Positions 25,652-32,758 of a DNA stretch of 64,000 bases are shown here, piece after piece. Each line of letters starts with the position of its first letter. The first letter of the stretch is position 1. The DNA is from Dehalococcoidia bacterium. GTDB taxonomy: Bacteria > Chloroflexota > Dehalococcoidia > Lucifugimonadales > Australimonadaceae. Made by a program: the position numbers and the translations under genes. The notes under the pieces are model-generated. The model was not told where the DNA came from. It ran no database searches and saw only the letters and a program-made list of their open reading frames with translations. The stretch lies in NCBI GenBank assembly GCA_034421335.1, contig DAOUKL010000055.1, forward strand, positions 4,870-68,869, written 5' to 3'.

Positions 25652-26605
25652 CTAGTACTTGTCGAACATCGCGCCGACGGACATGCCGCTGTGGATGCGG
25701 TGGATGGCCTCGCCGAGCAGTTCGGCGACGGAGACGGTCGCGACGAAGCCGTTGCGCTTCTCCTCGGGCAGGTGAATGGTGTCGGTGCAGACCAGGTTGT
25801 GGATGGGGCTTTCCTGGAAGCGGGACACCGCGCCGCCGGAGAGGACGGCGTGGGTTGAGGACGCGTAGACGTCCAGGACGCCGGCCTCCCTGAGAGCGTC
25901 GGCGGCGCTCGTCATCGAACCTCCGGTGTCCACCTCGTCGTCCATCAGGATGGCCGTCCTGCCGGCGACGTCGCCGATGATGTTCAGCAGTTCGGTCTTG
26001 TCCTCGTTGCCCATGCGCCGCTTCTCGATGATGGCGAGCGGCGCGCCGAGGCGTTCGGCCATATCCCGCGCCCGCTTGGAGATGCCGATGTCGACGGCGA
26101 CGACGACGGGGTTCTCAAGCCGCATTCTCTCGAAGTGGCTGACGATGATGGGGAGCGCGGTCAGTTCGTCGACGGGGATGTTGAAGAACCCCTGTATCTG
26201 TCCGGCGTGCAGGTCCACGGTGAGGACGCGGTCGGCGCCGGCGGTGGTGAGGAGGTCGGCGATCAGCCTGGCGGTGATGGGCACGCGCGGCTGGTCTTTC
26301 TTGTCGGTGCGGCCGTAACCGTAGTAGGGGATGACCGCGGTGATGCGCCCGGCCGACGCGCGCTTGGCGGCGTCGATCATGATGAGCATCTCCACCAAAT
26401 GGTCGTTCACCGGCGTGGAGAACGACTGGATAAGGAAGACATCGCGTTGGCGGACGTTCTCTCGGATGCGGACGAAGGTGTTGTCGTTGCTGAACTTGAA
26501 GACGTCCGCCCTACCCAGGGGAATGCCGAGGTAGTCGGCCACTCTCGTTGCGAGCGGCTGGTTGGAGTTGCCGGAAAAGACCTTGAGTTCCTCGTACAGG
26601 GCCAT
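25652..26605 (-). CDS. prs: Ribose-phosphate pyrophosphokinase
   Basis: 317 aa. YYGYGRTDKK, DLHAGQIQGFF, and PRPP loop ILMDDEVDTGGS. Confidence 0.95.
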   Translation of the reverse strand: MALYEELKVFSGNSNQPLATRVADYLGIPLGRADVFKFSNDNTFVRIRENVRQRDVFLIQSFSTPVNDHLVEMLIMIDAAKRASAGRITAVIPYYGYGRTDKKDQPRVPITARLIADLLTTAGADRVLTVDLHAGQIQGFFNIPVDELTALPIIVSHFERMRLENPVVVAVDIGISKRARDMAERLGAPLAIIEKRRMGNEDKTELLNIIGDVAGRTAILMDDEVDTGGSMTSAADALREAGVLDVYASSTHAVLSGGAVSRFQESPIHNLVCTDTIHLPEEKRNGFVATVSVAELLGEAIHRIHSGMSVGAMFDKY

Positions 26606-26720
26606 CTATCGCCGCTCCGGGATGGTCTGGGGCGCCACGACGCGCCCGGCGTCATTGGGCACACGAGATTCTAACGCGCGCGGGGCGGCGGGGGTAGTGT
26701 TCTCCCCCGAGGAGTTCCGC

Positions 26721-26925
26721 CCCCCTCCCCCGTCTTCGGGGGAGGGCTGGGGAGAGGGCGGCGCGCAAGCGCAAAGTCTCTAACGTACGCAGGAAGGTTC
26801 GTGGTTCGACCGGATCACCATGACCAAAGGGGGATGGATTCCCGCCTTCGCGGAAATGACGGAGGGTTACGCAAAGGTCCTGGAGGAGAAGATCTCGTCT
26901 CTCTCCGTGGGGGGCTGGGGAGAGG
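26721..26925. repeat. Composite intergenic repeat cluster (B inverted, A, P, right TIR, B variant)
   Basis: ccccctcccccgtcttcgggggagggctggggagaggg; tggttcgaccggatcaccatgaccaa; ggatggattcccgccttcgcggaaatgacgg; gttacgcaaaggtcc (exact reverse complement of 37611-37625); ctctccgtggggggctggggagagg. Confidence 0.8.
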
Positions 26926-26933
26926 CCGTGCGC

Positions 26934-28031
26934 CTACCCTCCGAACGCGAAGGCGCCGTCCGCTCCGATGAGCCCCTGCGCAGGCAGGACGACCCGGCGG
27001 GCGCCCTCCCGGACGACGCCGATGACCGACGCCTCGCCTCCCGCGCCCGCTACCGCCTCGAGCGCGGCGTCGGCGTCATGCGCGGGAACGACGGCGCAGA
27101 ACCCGACGCCCATGTTGTAGACGCGGTGCATCTCCGGAAGGGCGACGTTTCCCTCGCGCCGGATGACCTCGAACACCGGCGGCGGAGACGGCAGAGCGTC
27201 GAGCCGGTACTCGACCTCGGCGTCGAGCCGGAGCAGGTTGAGCAGGCCGTCGCCCGATATGTGCGCGAGGCCGCGGACATCAACCCCCGCGGCGAGCATC
27301 GCGAGCGCCTCGGGAACGTAGATGCGCGTGCGGCGCAGCAGCTCCCCGCCGACCGTGCGCCCGCACTCCGGCAACCCGCGCTCGACAGCGGCCGGGTCGT
27401 TCCCGATGAGCACTCTGCGGGCGAGGGTGAGGCCGTTGGCGTGAACGCCGTCGCTGGGCATTCCGAGGACCACGTCGCCCGCCTCGACGCGGCCGCCGGT
27501 GATGGGCGCGGCGCCGTCGAGCAGCCCGACGCACGTCCCCGATATGTCGAAGGCGTAGCCGGGCCGGGGGCCGGTCAGCGTGTCCGGGTGCTGCGAGAGC
27601 TCGCCGCCGACGATGGCGACGCGGGCGCGCTCGGCGGCGTCGCGCATCCCCTTGCCGAGTCCCGAGAGCATGTCCTCGTGGGGAAACTGGAGAGCGATGT
27701 AGTCGACCAGCGCGAACGGCTGCGCGCCGACGCAGACGACGTCGTTGACGTTGACCGCCACGCAGTCCCAGCCGATGGGTTCGAAGTCGCCGGTAAGCTG
27801 GGCGAGAACGCTCTTGGAGCCCACGCCGTCCGTGGAGATGGCGAGCGACAGCCTGTCGGTCAGGCGGAGCACGGAGGCGAAGAAGCCGTTGGGTACGATC
27901 TGCTCGCCGGCGCCCTCGCGAAAGTCGCGGGTCTCGCGCACCCACGCGAGCAGGCCGGAGAGGCCCGCGGCTGCGGCGTCGGCATCGACGCCGGACTCTG
28001 CGTAGGTGCGTGGCGTAGGGGCGTCGGTCAT
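26934..28031 (-). CDS. purM: Phosphoribosylformylglycinamidine cyclo-ligase (AIR synthetase)
   Basis: Start moved to ATG 28031 (MTDAPTPRTYAESGVD...); the 658-aa track ORF extends through repeats. Pattern ...ISTDGVGSK... and PurM N/C domains. Confidence 0.9.
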   Translation of the reverse strand: MTDAPTPRTYAESGVDADAAAAGLSGLLAWVRETRDFREGAGEQIVPNGFFASVLRLTDRLSLAISTDGVGSKSVLAQLTGDFEPIGWDCVAVNVNDVVCVGAQPFALVDYIALQFPHEDMLSGLGKGMRDAAERARVAIVGGELSQHPDTLTGPRPGYAFDISGTCVGLLDGAAPITGGRVEAGDVVLGMPSDGVHANGLTLARRVLIGNDPAAVERGLPECGRTVGGELLRRTRIYVPEALAMLAAGVDVRGLAHISGDGLLNLLRLDAEVEYRLDALPSPPPVFEVIRREGNVALPEMHRVYNMGVGFCAVVPAHDADAALEAVAGAGGEASVIGVVREGARRVVLPAQGLIGADGAFAFGG

Positions 28032-28069
28032 GGCGAACAGGAGGATTGTACTGCCCTTGGGCTCTGCCT

Positions 28070-28196
28070 GCCCTCTCTGCCCCTTCGGGGCGTCTCCCCC
28101 CCCCCATGGGGGAGAGTGTGGATTCCCGCCTTCGCGGGAATGACGGGGATCCGCCCTCTCTGCCCCTTCGGGGCATCTCCCCCTCGGGGGGAGAAC
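28070..28196. repeat. Composite intergenic repeat cluster (C, P, C)
   Basis: gccctctctgccccttcggggcgtctccccc...gggggaga; ggattcccgccttcgcgggaatgacgg; gccctctctgccccttcggggcatctccccctcggggggaga. Confidence 0.85.
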
Positions 28197-28198
28197 GG

Positions 28199-28708
28199 TC
28201 AGCGGCTGTGCGCGGCCTGGCTGGCGCTCTGGGAGGCCTGCACGGCGCGCTGGGCGAGCATCGCTTCGGCAAGCAGGTCGAACCTCCCTGAGACGATGCG
28301 AAGGATGCGCGAGAGCAGCGTCTGGCCCATGTGAGGGTCGTTCGCCGTCGCCTCGGCGATGTCCTCGGCGTTGAAGCGCGCGAGCATCGTCTTCTCCCTG
28401 CAGACCGCGGAGAGCGAGTAGGCGGCGGGCGGCGCCATGGCCGACCATCCCACCACGTGGCCGGCGCCGGCGGTGGAGACCTTCCGGCGGTCGGTGTCGA
28501 TGCCCCACCATTCGGGGACGGTCATGTGGAGTTCGACCGCTCCGTCGAGCACGACGTACAGGTGCGACGCCGGGTCGCCGCTGCGGAAGAGCTCCGTTCC
28601 GGCTTGGGCGCGCACGACGTCCGCAAGGTCCTCCAGCCGGGCCGCCTGCTCGGACGTCAGGCCCTCGAACAGTTCGCTCTCGCGCAGGGCGTTTCTGGTG
28701 GACGCCAC
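28199..28708 (-). CDS. Stand-alone cyclic-nucleotide-binding (CNB) domain protein
   Basis: Start chosen at GTG 28708 because AGGAGG lies 6 nt upstream (track start TTG 28780 is possible). LFEGLT...FRSGDPASHLYVVLDG is a CNB pattern. No C-terminal HTH segment. Confidence 0.7.
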   Translation of the reverse strand: MASTRNALRESELFEGLTSEQAARLEDLADVVRAQAGTELFRSGDPASHLYVVLDGAVELHMTVPEWWGIDTDRRKVSTAGAGHVVGWSAMAPPAAYSLSAVCREKTMLARFNAEDIAEATANDPHMGQTLLSRILRIVSGRFDLLAEAMLAQRAVQASQSASQAAHSR

Positions 28709-28848
28709 GCCGAACCTCCTCGCAACGGCGGCGCCACGCCGCGCGCAAGATTGCATTCTCCCCACAATGCGGCTTGGCAATTATCCACGAACCGCCGCCG
28801 AATTGCACGGGTTTAGGTGACGAATTACGCCATTCCCGGCTGCGCCCC

Positions 28849-29925
28849 CTAAACCCTGCACTCGACGCCGAGCTCGGCGCAGACGCCGCGGAACCACTCG
28901 ACCACGTCATGGTGGAGGGGAATGCCGCGCTCCGTGCGCTCGTCGAGCATCTCCCACTCCGGCTGGCCGGCGACGAGGACGCGGTCGTGGCCCTCGGCGG
29001 GCGGCGTGGCCTTCATCTCGCCGATGAAGTCGTCCATGCTGGCCTTGAACTCGCCGATGTCGCTGAAGGCGTCGATGTTGTAGGCGGCGACGTAGTGGCG
29101 GAAGTTGGTGCGACCGGCGCGGATGCCGAAGTCGGCGCCGGCGAGCACGGAGCAGAGGATGTCGACGGCCATGGCGAGGCCGTAGCCCTTGTGCGAACCG
29201 GCGTCGCGGTCGGTCCCCAGCGGGAGAAGCTGGAAGTTATCGGGAGCGAGCACCGGCTCCATGATCGGCGTTCCGTTCTCGTCGGCGATGAGTCCGGGGG
29301 GGAGGGGGGCGCCCATCCTGCGGGCGTTGCGGACCTTGTTGACGGGCACGACGCTGGTGGCCATGTCGAACACCCAGGGGCGCTCGGCTCCGGCCGGCAC
29401 GGCGATGGCGATGGGGTTGGTGCCGAGCCGGGGAATCCGCCCGAAGGTGGGGAGGACGGCGGGGCCGGCGGCGGTCATGCACATGCCGATCATGTCGTGC
29501 TCGAGAGCGAGCATGGCGTGGTAGGCGGCCATGCCCACGTGTCCGCTGTTGAACATGGTGACGACGCCGACGCCGGTTTGGCGGGCCTTCTCGATGGCGA
29601 TTCCCATCGCCTTCGGGGCGACGATGATGCCGAGTCCGTGGTCGCAGTCGATGTTGGCCGAGGAGGGGCGCTCGCGCACGATGCGCCAGTCCGGCGTGGG
29701 GTTCTGCGTGCCGTCAAGGAAGCGGTCGAGGTAGACCTTGAGCATATTGGAGACGCCGTGGCTATCGACGCCGCGCAAGTCCGCCGTGAGCACGACGTCG
29801 GCGCCGAGGCGGGCGTCCTCCGGCGGCACGCCGACCTTCTCGAACAGTGCGATGGTGGCCTCTCGGAGCGGAGCCGGGTCGACGCGGACAGCGTCTTCTT
29901 CCCTGATCTTGAAGCTTTCGGTCAT
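28849..29925 (-). CDS. Ldh2-family (malate/L-lactate/ureidoglycolate-type) dehydrogenase
   Basis: Start moved to ATG 29925 (ATGA overlap with the upstream stop). Patterns ...LRGVDSHGV... and ...GSHKGYGLAM... are typical of Ldh_2. Confidence 0.85.
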   Translation of the reverse strand: MTESFKIREEDAVRVDPAPLREATIALFEKVGVPPEDARLGADVVLTADLRGVDSHGVSNMLKVYLDRFLDGTQNPTPDWRIVRERPSSANIDCDHGLGIIVAPKAMGIAIEKARQTGVGVVTMFNSGHVGMAAYHAMLALEHDMIGMCMTAAGPAVLPTFGRIPRLGTNPIAIAVPAGAERPWVFDMATSVVPVNKVRNARRMGAPLPPGLIADENGTPIMEPVLAPDNFQLLPLGTDRDAGSHKGYGLAMAVDILCSVLAGADFGIRAGRTNFRHYVAAYNIDAFSDIGEFKASMDDFIGEMKATPPAEGHDRVLVAGQPEWEMLDERTERGIPLHHDVVEWFRGVCAELGVECRV

Positions 29926-30329
29926 AGTCCAAGCGCGGCGAGTCCGGCCGCCGCGACCTCCTCGTCTTCGTTGGGGCGGGCGCCGCTGACGCCGATGGCG
30001 CCGACCATCGCGCCGTCGGGCCGCCGGACGGGCAGCGCTCCCTGCCAGGGGATGAGGCGTCCCTGCTCCATCATGGCGAGGGCGCGGACGACGGGCTGGT
30101 CCCACCGTTCGCGCATGTCGCCGCTGGGCATGTCCCACGCGGCGGAGGCCGCAGCCTTGCCCTGGGAGATGGGGACGCTTCGCCAGAGGGCGCCGTCCAT
30201 GCGGTGGAGGGCGATGATGTCGCCCCGTGGGTCGAGGACGGCGATGCTGACGCGGACACCGAGTTCCTCGGCCTTCGCGCGCCCGGCGGTCATCATGCGT
30301 ATCGCTTCGTCCAGGGTCAGGGGCTCCAT
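29922..30329 (-). CDS. GlcG/HbpS-like (DUF336) heme-binding-type protein
   Basis: Start moved to ATG 30329, preceded by AGGAGG. Pattern ...GGALPV...GAIGVSGARP. Confidence 0.8.
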   Translation of the reverse strand: MEPLTLDEAIRMMTAGRAKAEELGVRVSIAVLDPRGDIIALHRMDGALWRSVPISQGKAAASAAWDMPSGDMRERWDQPVVRALAMMEQGRLIPWQGALPVRRPDGAMVGAIGVSGARPNEDEEVAAAGLAALGL

Positions 30330-30386
30330 ACGCTCCTCCTTGTCGGCGGGATGATACCGCATGGCGTCCGCCCTCGGGCGGCGCGC

Positions 30387-30527
30387 TGTCGCGCAGACCC
30401 TCTCCCCAGCCCTCCCCCGTCTTCGGGGGAGGGGGCCGGACAGCCCTCTCTGCCCCTTCGGGGCATCTCCCCCTCAGGGGGAGACAGGATGCGTTGTCGC
30501 GCAAACCCTCTCCCCAGCCCTCCCCCG
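30387..30527. repeat. Composite intergenic repeat cluster (B, C, truncated B direct repeat)
   Basis: tgtcgcgcagaccctctccccagccctcccccgtcttcgggggaggggg, then module C, then tgtcgcgcaaaccctctccccagccctcccccgt, which is cut off at the ABM stop codon. Confidence 0.85.
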
Positions 30528-30836
30528 TTAGGACGCCCCGTCCGCCCAGGAGACGAAGTCCATCACATGCCGGACTCGCGCCTCGTCCACGCGCCAGCCG
30601 GCGGACATCGTCATCCATCGCTCGTAGTGGGGGGCGGCGCGATGGCGCTCGAACGCAGCCTCATCCTCGAACACTTCGATGAGGGCGAACACGTTGGGGG
30701 CCTCGAGGTCGCGCAGGACTTCATAGCGGACGCATCCCGGCTCCGCCCTGCTGTTGGCGGCGTGGACGGCGACCTGCTCGACGTATTCGTCGACGTGCTC
30801 CGGCCTGATCGTGTGCAGCCCGACCACCACGTACAT
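30528..30836 (-). CDS. Antibiotic-biosynthesis-monooxygenase (ABM) domain protein
   Basis: 102 aa. Pattern ...FALIEVFEDEAAFERHRAAPHY... is an ABM pattern. Confidence 0.8.
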   Translation of the reverse strand: MYVVVGLHTIRPEHVDEYVEQVAVHAANSRAEPGCVRYEVLRDLEAPNVFALIEVFEDEAAFERHRAAPHYERWMTMSAGWRVDEARVRHVMDFVSWADGAS

Positions 30837-30843
30837 CGCGCCG

Positions 30844-31620
30844 CTACCCCAGCCGTTCGAGGGTCTGCTCGTGGATGTCGGGCATGACGAACGGGGGACG
30901 GCCCTCGGCGGAGACGGACACGCTCGGGTCTTCGAGGTTCACGCCGAAGAACGCGAGCTGGCGCGTCGCTAGATGCTCGACGCCGCCCGACTTCAGCATT
31001 CGAAACGGGCGGTCGTGGCCCGGGTAGATGATATCCGCCTCCTCCAGCACGCGCTCGATGCTGCGCCGGGACGCCTCCTCGCTCCAGAAGATGTTGGCGT
31101 TGATCTTCGTGAGCGCGACGTTCGCGTGCGCTATGCCGTCGCCGGTTACGGCCACCGGCCCCTCCGCGGTATCGACGATGAGCGCCATCGTGCCGGCGGA
31201 GTGCCCGGGCGTGTGCAGGACGCGGACGCCAGGCTCAATCTCGTAGCCGTCGCCGACCTCCCGGAGGTTGCCGAGCGAGTCGAGCATCGCGCCGGTCCAG
31301 AGGGGCGTGGCCCAGTCGTTGGGGTGCGGGTTGCGGATGTACTTGCGTTCCCACTCGTGGATGAGCATCTCGGCGTTCGGGAACACGTCGTAGTTCTGCG
31401 CGTGGTCCCAGTGGGCGTGGGTCATCACCGCGACGTCGACGTCGCCGGGGTCGACGCCGCGCTCGGCGAGGGCGGCCAGCAGGAAGCGGCGCCGCCCGAC
31501 GTGGCCGGTGTCGACGATGATGGTGTGGTCGCCGCGCACCAACAGAGTGCTGCAGAAGCCGAGCGACCCGTAGTTGGTGTTGATGTTCTCGCCGTGGAGC
31601 AGGACTTCGACGGACGGCAT
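30844..31620 (-). CDS. MBL-fold metallo-hydrolase
   Basis: 258 aa. HxHxDH motif (THAHWDH) and downstream TPGHSAG. Confidence 0.85.
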   Translation of the reverse strand: MPSVEVLLHGENINTNYGSLGFCSTLLVRGDHTIIVDTGHVGRRRFLLAALAERGVDPGDVDVAVMTHAHWDHAQNYDVFPNAEMLIHEWERKYIRNPHPNDWATPLWTGAMLDSLGNLREVGDGYEIEPGVRVLHTPGHSAGTMALIVDTAEGPVAVTGDGIAHANVALTKINANIFWSEEASRRSIERVLEEADIIYPGHDRPFRMLKSGGVEHLATRQLAFFGVNLEDPSVSVSAEGRPPFVMPDIHEQTLERLG

Positions 31621-31712
31621 CGGGGCCTCCTTTCGCGCGAACTGCGCTGGGGCTGCGCGGCCAGGGGGTTTCGCGACGCAAGCATAGCGTTAAACTGCGG
31701 CTGCGTTCGGAC

Positions 31713-31823
31713 TCCCTCCCCCCGTGGGGGAGGGCCGGGGAGAGGGCCTGCCCTTCCGCCCTTCGGGCATCTCCCCCTGAGGGGGAGAAAGGCTGAGAGG
31801 TTCCCGCTTCGCGGGAATGACGG
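31713..31823. repeat. Composite intergenic repeat cluster (B inverted, C, P)
   Basis: ctccctccccccgtgggggagggccggggagaggg; cctgcccttccgcccttcgggcatctccccctgagggggagaaagg; ggttcccgcttcgcgggaatgacgg. Confidence 0.85.
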
Positions 31824-31857
31824 AAGGGGCACGGCGCTGGGGAGAAAGGAGCACCGT

Positions 31858-32682
31858 ATGCTGGGCGCCGACTTCCAACGCCGGATGACGCCAGGAGACG
31901 TGGCGTTCCTGCGAGACGCCCTCGGAGACGACGCGCCGGACGACGGCGAACTCGCGCGGCTCCTCGTGGAGGACGAGGAGTACCGGGCGAGCGTCCTCGG
32001 CGACCCCCGCGCGTTCGAGGCGGCGACGAGCCGCGACGAGTTGATGACCGTCGTCTCTCCCCGGCTCTTCTTCGAGATCCTGCTGCGCCGGGCGGCGAGC
32101 GACCTGGAGCACGCCCACCACACCGTCGAGCGCACGGGTTCGGACCGCGTGCCGGTGTTCGACGCCGCCGAGGTCGCCGAACTCACGGGCAAGCCGTCGG
32201 TGCTGCACTACCTCGCGACGCTGCTGGCGTCGTTCACGAAAGTGCACAGCCACACCGAGCGCGTATGGGTGCGCCGGGGCGTCGTGCGGAAGGTGCGCTA
32301 CAGCGACCTCGACGTGCACAGCATGTTGCGGCTCGCGCGGGAGACCGACGAGCACGAGCGACTGCCGGTGCTGCGGCGGACAGCCGACCTGTGCCTGTTC
32401 ATCGTGGGGATGTTCCCCGACTTCGCGGCGTCGGCGCATCGCTACCCCGGCACGGGCGCGCTGCGGGCGCAGTCGGCAGTGCGGCGGAGGTTGGGCACGG
32501 AGGAGTACGAGACGGTCGCCTCGCAGATGTACGCGCTGGCGGCGCAATACCGCGAGGGCGACGAGATCGGCGAGGTCTTCCACACGCTAGGCGAGCACGT
32601 CGTCGAGGCCAAGAAGCCCATCAACTTCCTGTCCGAGCACTACCTCGGCTACAAGCGGGAGCAGCTATTCGGGGTGGGGTGA
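31858..32682 (+). CDS. Hypothetical protein (no family recognised)
   Basis: Start moved to ATG 31858, preceded by GGAGAAAGGAG; the 569-aa track ORF begins in antisense sequence and repeats. 274 aa with balanced composition (Asp/Glu/His/Phe/Tyr present). Confidence 0.55.
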   Translation: MLGADFQRRMTPGDVAFLRDALGDDAPDDGELARLLVEDEEYRASVLGDPRAFEAATSRDELMTVVSPRLFFEILLRRAASDLEHAHHTVERTGSDRVPVFDAAEVAELTGKPSVLHYLATLLASFTKVHSHTERVWVRRGVVRKVRYSDLDVHSMLRLARETDEHERLPVLRRTADLCLFIVGMFPDFAASAHRYPGTGALRAQSAVRRRLGTEEYETVASQMYALAAQYREGDEIGEVFHTLGEHVVEAKKPINFLSEHYLGYKREQLFGVG

Positions 32683-32758
32683 GCCCTTCCTCATCCCGCC
32701 ATAGCCCATCCGCCCCTGTCATTCTGAACGTAGCGGAGCGGAGTAAAGAATCAACCCA

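Noticed and set aside
26934-28910. 658-aa ORF, and similarly inflated ORFs at 28849-30618, 30973-32682, 37544-38863, 24382-25518, 56839-58233 and 2272-5919
   Set aside because: Only the C-terminal portions match real families (purM, Ldh2, amidohydrolase and others). The N-terminal extensions read through intergenic hairpin repeats or neighbouring genes, so I trimmed them to internal starts with RBS support.
32718-32752. gtcattctgaacgtagcggagcggagtaaagaatc as a further repeat module (I recall similar strings from other genomes)
   Set aside because: Only one copy occurs in this window, so repeat status cannot be supported from the sequence provided.
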